Assembly (NCBI GenBank): GCA_015523565.1 | Contig: WAKA01000076.1 | Location: 1 to 11,190, forward strand | DNA: 11,190 nucleotides | From: Candidatus Heimdallarchaeota archaeon | GTDB lineage: Archaea > Asgardarchaeota > Heimdallarchaeia > Heimdallarchaeales > Kariarchaeaceae | Direction: 5' to 3' | In this document: in pieces, positions 8,129 to 11,190 of the stretch | How the letters are laid out: each line of letters starts with the position of its first letter | How positions within the stretch are numbered: the stretch's first letter is position 1 | The notes under the pieces: generated by a model | What the model was told of the DNA's origin: nothing | What the model saw: the letters and a program-made list of their open reading frames with translations, nothing else | Database searches by the model: none | Translations under genes and position numbers: made by a program

Positions 8129-8510
8129 TTTGTTTTTCACCTGCCAGATTGGAAAGATTGCGATAAATGACAAACATTGAAATGTTGATCGCGTTTCTTT
8201 CGTCTATATTTGGAAGGGTATTTTTGCAGTATTCTTGAAATTCGTCAACTTTAGACATATCGAGTTTGGACAAGTCCATTCCCTGTCTTGACAATTTAGT
8301 CATGAATTCTGCGATACCTTGTTCGATGGTTGATTGCTTGCGGATAATTCTGAAGAAATCACGCAAGGGTGCTTCATAGCTGCTTTCCTGTCGTTTAGCC
8401 TTGATTTCTTTCCATTTGGCCAATGGCTTGTTATCATTTTCAACAGGAAGGCCATACAAAAATTCAGTAAATTTTGTTACAAATTCCATTTCCTTTGAAT
8501 CTTTTGTCAT
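8121..8510 (-). CDS. cas11: Putative Cas11 small subunit from an internal in-frame start in the large-subunit gene
   Basis: The minus strand reads GGTGA-AACCAATT-ATG at 8523-8508, the same RBS used by cas7, cas5 and cas6. It gives a 129-aa helical-looking product (MTKDSKEMEF...). Internal Cas11 translation is established for types I-B, I-C and I-D. Confidence 0.65.
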   Translation of the reverse strand: MTKDSKEMEFVTKFTEFLYGLPVENDNKPLAKWKEIKAKRQESSYEAPLRDFFRIIRKQSTIEQGIAEFMTKLSRQGMDLSKLDMSKVDEFQEYCKNTLPNIDERNAINISMFVIYRNLSNLAGEKQNE

Positions 8511-9956
8511 AATTGGTTTCACCATTTCATAATAGGTTTCAACTAGGGTTTTGAAATCATACCTTGCCTTTGACTTTTTATTTGTGTTTGATTTCAAATT
8601 TTTCTTTTTCTTCGAATCTGAGTTGATTTCAGCGTATGTAAATCTCATTGACTTTCCAAATTCGGAAACAGGATTTTTTAGAAATCTTTCAATCTGCCTC
8701 CATCTAATTAAAGGTTTAGCAAATTTTGCTTCAGATCTGAAGAAAGGATGAACACTCCCAATTTTTTCTTCAGCGAAAGCCATAAGTCGATAAACAGAGG
8801 AAGCCTTAGATGTATCGATCAAGTTAAGACCAATGTCTGTGACTTGGAACAACCTGATTTTTTTGCCTAGTGGTTCGCCATCCAAGGTTAGGCTTTCAAG
8901 AGCTTTAACGATTAGTGAATAAAGGAGATTTGCCTCTTTTTTCAATCTAAGGTTTGGATCAACATAATTGTTCATTTTTATGTTTTTGCGTTGTCTTTTT
9001 GTCTTGTAGTTTAATACAAGTCCAGAAGCATTAATTATAAGAAATATCTTTCCATTGGCTGAGATGATTTTGAATGATCCCTCATCAATTTCATCAATTA
9101 GATCCTCCAAATCAAATTCATCTTCAGTAAACTCCAATTGGACGATTTCATTTCCATCAAATTTTGTCCTTAATTTTGTATCGGATTTTCCAGAGACAGT
9201 TTTTGAATAATTGGGAGGATGTTTGAAACGATATGCAAGATTGATGGCAAGTCTCTCGATTGGTTCATTGTCCACCCCTGTAACTTCAAAGATAACCAGA
9301 AAATGTTTTTCAGGGGGTTCAAAATCATGTATTACAACGGTTTCTATTATTTCTTTCCAAGTGCATATTGGGCAAAGAAGATTTAGATACGAATTTCCCA
9401 TCCGAGACCTTATTTTTTCAGGATCAGTTTCAGTCAACGCGAATCTTAACCTGCCTGGTGTATATTTGTATTGGGTTGGCCATACATTTTTGAAAATATG
9501 AGGGGTACGGGGTCTAGAATCCCCAAAAAAATCAAAGAATCCTCCACATTCATCACATCTATTTCCTTTGGCTTCAGGAGTTATTTGCATTTGGTTTACA
9601 ATTGTTCCCAAAAAAGAAACAAATTCCGGAAAATAGCGGTTCGAGTTTTGTAATTCATGGGATATTTCCATTAATGTGTTTGAGGAAAAAATTTGATGGA
9701 ATTTTGGTTTTTTGGATGAATATATTGCATGAATTTTAGAACGGGAAAGTGAATAGCGAGTCCAATCATTATTGAATGGGTTATTGCCCTTTATTAGAAG
9801 ATCAGGAGTAAGGTTTTTCTTTAGTTTTTCCAATTCATCCTTATTGACATCAATAAATGGTTCCTTTATGGTTTCTCGTCCCAAGGCATCTGCAACCAAT
9901 TGGCGAAATATTGCATCATGTACATAAGGCATTGAGGGAAAGTACAAACGAAACAT
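8121..9956 (-). CDS. Effector large subunit (HD-less Cas10d-like or Cas8-like, CxxC-CxxC)
   Basis: 611 aa from ATG 9956 (the track extends to TTG 10025). First gene of the operon and coupled to cas7. CDEC (9557-9546) and CPIC (9374-9363) form a likely Zn site, and the C-terminal region looks helical. No HD or GGDD motif seen. Confidence 0.75.
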   Translation of the reverse strand: MFRLYFPSMPYVHDAIFRQLVADALGRETIKEPFIDVNKDELEKLKKNLTPDLLIKGNNPFNNDWTRYSLSRSKIHAIYSSKKPKFHQIFSSNTLMEISHELQNSNRYFPEFVSFLGTIVNQMQITPEAKGNRCDECGGFFDFFGDSRPRTPHIFKNVWPTQYKYTPGRLRFALTETDPEKIRSRMGNSYLNLLCPICTWKEIIETVVIHDFEPPEKHFLVIFEVTGVDNEPIERLAINLAYRFKHPPNYSKTVSGKSDTKLRTKFDGNEIVQLEFTEDEFDLEDLIDEIDEGSFKIISANGKIFLIINASGLVLNYKTKRQRKNIKMNNYVDPNLRLKKEANLLYSLIVKALESLTLDGEPLGKKIRLFQVTDIGLNLIDTSKASSVYRLMAFAEEKIGSVHPFFRSEAKFAKPLIRWRQIERFLKNPVSEFGKSMRFTYAEINSDSKKKKNLKSNTNKKSKARYDFKTLVETYYEMVKPIMTKDSKEMEFVTKFTEFLYGLPVENDNKPLAKWKEIKAKRQESSYEAPLRDFFRIIRKQSTIEQGIAEFMTKLSRQGMDLSKLDMSKVDEFQEYCKNTLPNIDERNAINISMFVIYRNLSNLAGEKQNE

Positions 9957-10103
9957 TCTACAAATATGGATTCTTAGTGTTGATATTTTAGCACATATAA
10001 CAAATTGGAAAACAGTTAAATTCAAATTTTATAATTGAAATGTATTGAAATTATCGACAAATTTGAGAACTTTTTTTTAAATTTTTATTCCATTATTATA
10101 ATA
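9957..10103. promoter_or_regulatory. AT-rich divergent promoter region
   Basis: TTTAAA at 10076-10081 ends 23 nt before ATG 10104, the spacing of an archaeal TATA box for a leaderless mRNA. Minus-strand TATA candidates at 10000-9995 (TTATAT) and 10034-10029 (TTATAA). Confidence 0.6.
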
Positions 10104-11190
10104 ATGATTTCCCAATTTCAAGTCAATAATGAGGGAATAATAGATGCCATAAAGAAATTCATCAACCAAGACTATGAAAGTTATATAGACATTACCAATG
10201 CATATGAAATTTTCATCCAAGATTTGAAATGTAATGTAAGCTTACCAGAAGGATTGGAAGGGAAACCAATATGTTCAAAGAGTTCACAATCTGATAAACC
10301 GTTTTCGTTGTTGCCAAGATTTGGGGCCTGTAGAGTGACAATACATGTCCGATATTATAAGGACAATATTGCAACAATATTAATCGCAACTAAAGCTTTG
10401 TTTTTGGTTTTGATGCAAAACACACCAAATTTTGTGAGAGAAAAGTTTGATACGATGCAAGAGGTTGCATTGTCGATAGTTTTCCTTCTTGCAGAGAATG
10501 AAGGGACAAAGAAAAAAATATGGGACATGTGGACAGAATTACGAACCCAAAAAAGTTACACAAATCATGTTTTAAAGATACGAAAATTTCTAAGGTTCAT
10601 GTATAGAACTCGAAAGGAAAATGTAATAAGGAACATCTTGAATCTATCAGGGATTTCACCCCAAAATTTTAAGGATTATCCATACAGTGCAATTCTTTTT
10701 CCGAGACTGAAGGAAGCACACTATAAAGTCATGCATATAGAAACGAATGTGGAGGCTAAACAAGGTGAGAAAGCAAATCTTCTTGGAATAAGCCAGTCAC
10801 GTTATTCCCAGCTTTACAATGAGCTTATGTATCAGCAAGTCATTGTTCCATTTGTGGAAATTCGTCTTGAAAGGATTGGATTCAAGCGTTATTTTATTTA
10901 TATTATTCTTGAAAAGGATAGGGAAAAAGAAATTTTGCAGAGTTTCAGTTATATAGATGAATTGATAGCCATACAGATTTCACCAGAAAAAAAGATCTAC
11001 ATAATAATTTTTTATAAGCCAGCAAATACAAAATATCCAAAATTTCCAGACCATAGTGAAGTTATTGATTGGGGAGAAATCATTCCAGGGAATTCATTTC
11101 AATATGATGCGGTTGGTTTACACAATATCAAGGACAAACGATTTAAGGAAAAATTTACGTTGAAAAACCATTTTGAACCTATGAACGAGC
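10104..11190 (+). CDS. Partial ORF (at least 362 aa, 3'-truncated): Lrp/AsnC-like winged-HTH protein, putative transcription regulator
   Basis: Hand translation is open from ATG 10104 (MISQFQVNNEGII...) to the window end. Residues about 220-270, QGEKANLLGISQSRYSQLYNELMYQQVIVPFVEIRLERIGFKRYFIYIIL, fit the Lrp/AsnC HTH-wing-linker pattern. It is absent from the track because it has no stop in the window. Confidence 0.75.
   Translation, partial: MISQFQVNNEGIIDAIKKFINQDYESYIDITNAYEIFIQDLKCNVSLPEGLEGKPICSKSSQSDKPFSLLPRFGACRVTIHVRYYKDNIATILIATKALFLVLMQNTPNFVREKFDTMQEVALSIVFLLAENEGTKKKIWDMWTELRTQKSYTNHVLKIRKFLRFMYRTRKENVIRNILNLSGISPQNFKDYPYSAILFPRLKEAHYKVMHIETNVEAKQGEKANLLGISQSRYSQLYNELMYQQVIVPFVEIRLERIGFKRYFIYIILEKDREKEILQSFSYIDELIAIQISPEKKIYIIIFYKPANTKYPKFPDHSEVIDWGEIIPGNSFQYDAVGLHNIKDKRFKEKFTLKNHFEPMNE

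Noticed and set aside
8129-8173. Track start of cas7 at 8173
   Set aside because: It would overlap the upstream gene by 53 bp, whereas ATG 8128 has a GGTGA RBS and a typical short overlap.
2268-9653. Short alternative ORFs 2268-2570, 3669-3932, 4230-4487, 4720-4905, 6143-6478, 6697-6882, 7041-7223, 8551-8751, 9211-9501 and 9471-9653
   Set aside because: All are nested in or antisense to well-supported cas genes, with no recognisable domains.
8121-9956. Type III Cas10 call for the large subunit
   Set aside because: There is no GGDD or HD motif, only one Cas7 gene, and a Cas3' helicase is present.
9957-10025. Track start of the large subunit at TTG 10025
   Set aside because: The extension lies in the AT-rich promoter region with no RBS. 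ATG 9956 is more plausible, though unproven.
10034-10121. Degenerate mini-array or crRNA-like regulatory RNA based on ATTGAAA motifs
   Set aside because: The two motifs are only 10 bp apart, with no spacer-sized gap, no repeat hairpin and no further similarity to the repeat.

Overview
The window holds a nearly complete class 1 CRISPR-Cas locus, probably archaeal. An array at 34-369 has five identical 37-bp repeats with 37-39-bp spacers, reads on the minus strand and probably continues off the left edge. A minus-strand, translationally coupled operon runs: large subunit (CxxC...CxxC, no HD domain, likely internal cas11 start) > cas7 (Csc2-like) > enlarged cas5 (Csc1-like) > cas6 > stand-alone HD nuclease (cas3'') > helicase-only cas3' > cas4 > cas1 > leader > array. 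cas2 sits inverted on the plus strand between cas3' and cas4. A divergent ORF missing from the supplied track (10104 to the window end) encodes an Lrp/AsnC-like winged-HTH protein. Cas5 and Cas7 look like type I-D, but the short HD-less large subunit and free HD nuclease follow a type I-A-like plan, so this looks like a non-canonical I-D variant or I-D/I-A hybrid. All family calls come from motif recognition by eye; no database search was run.
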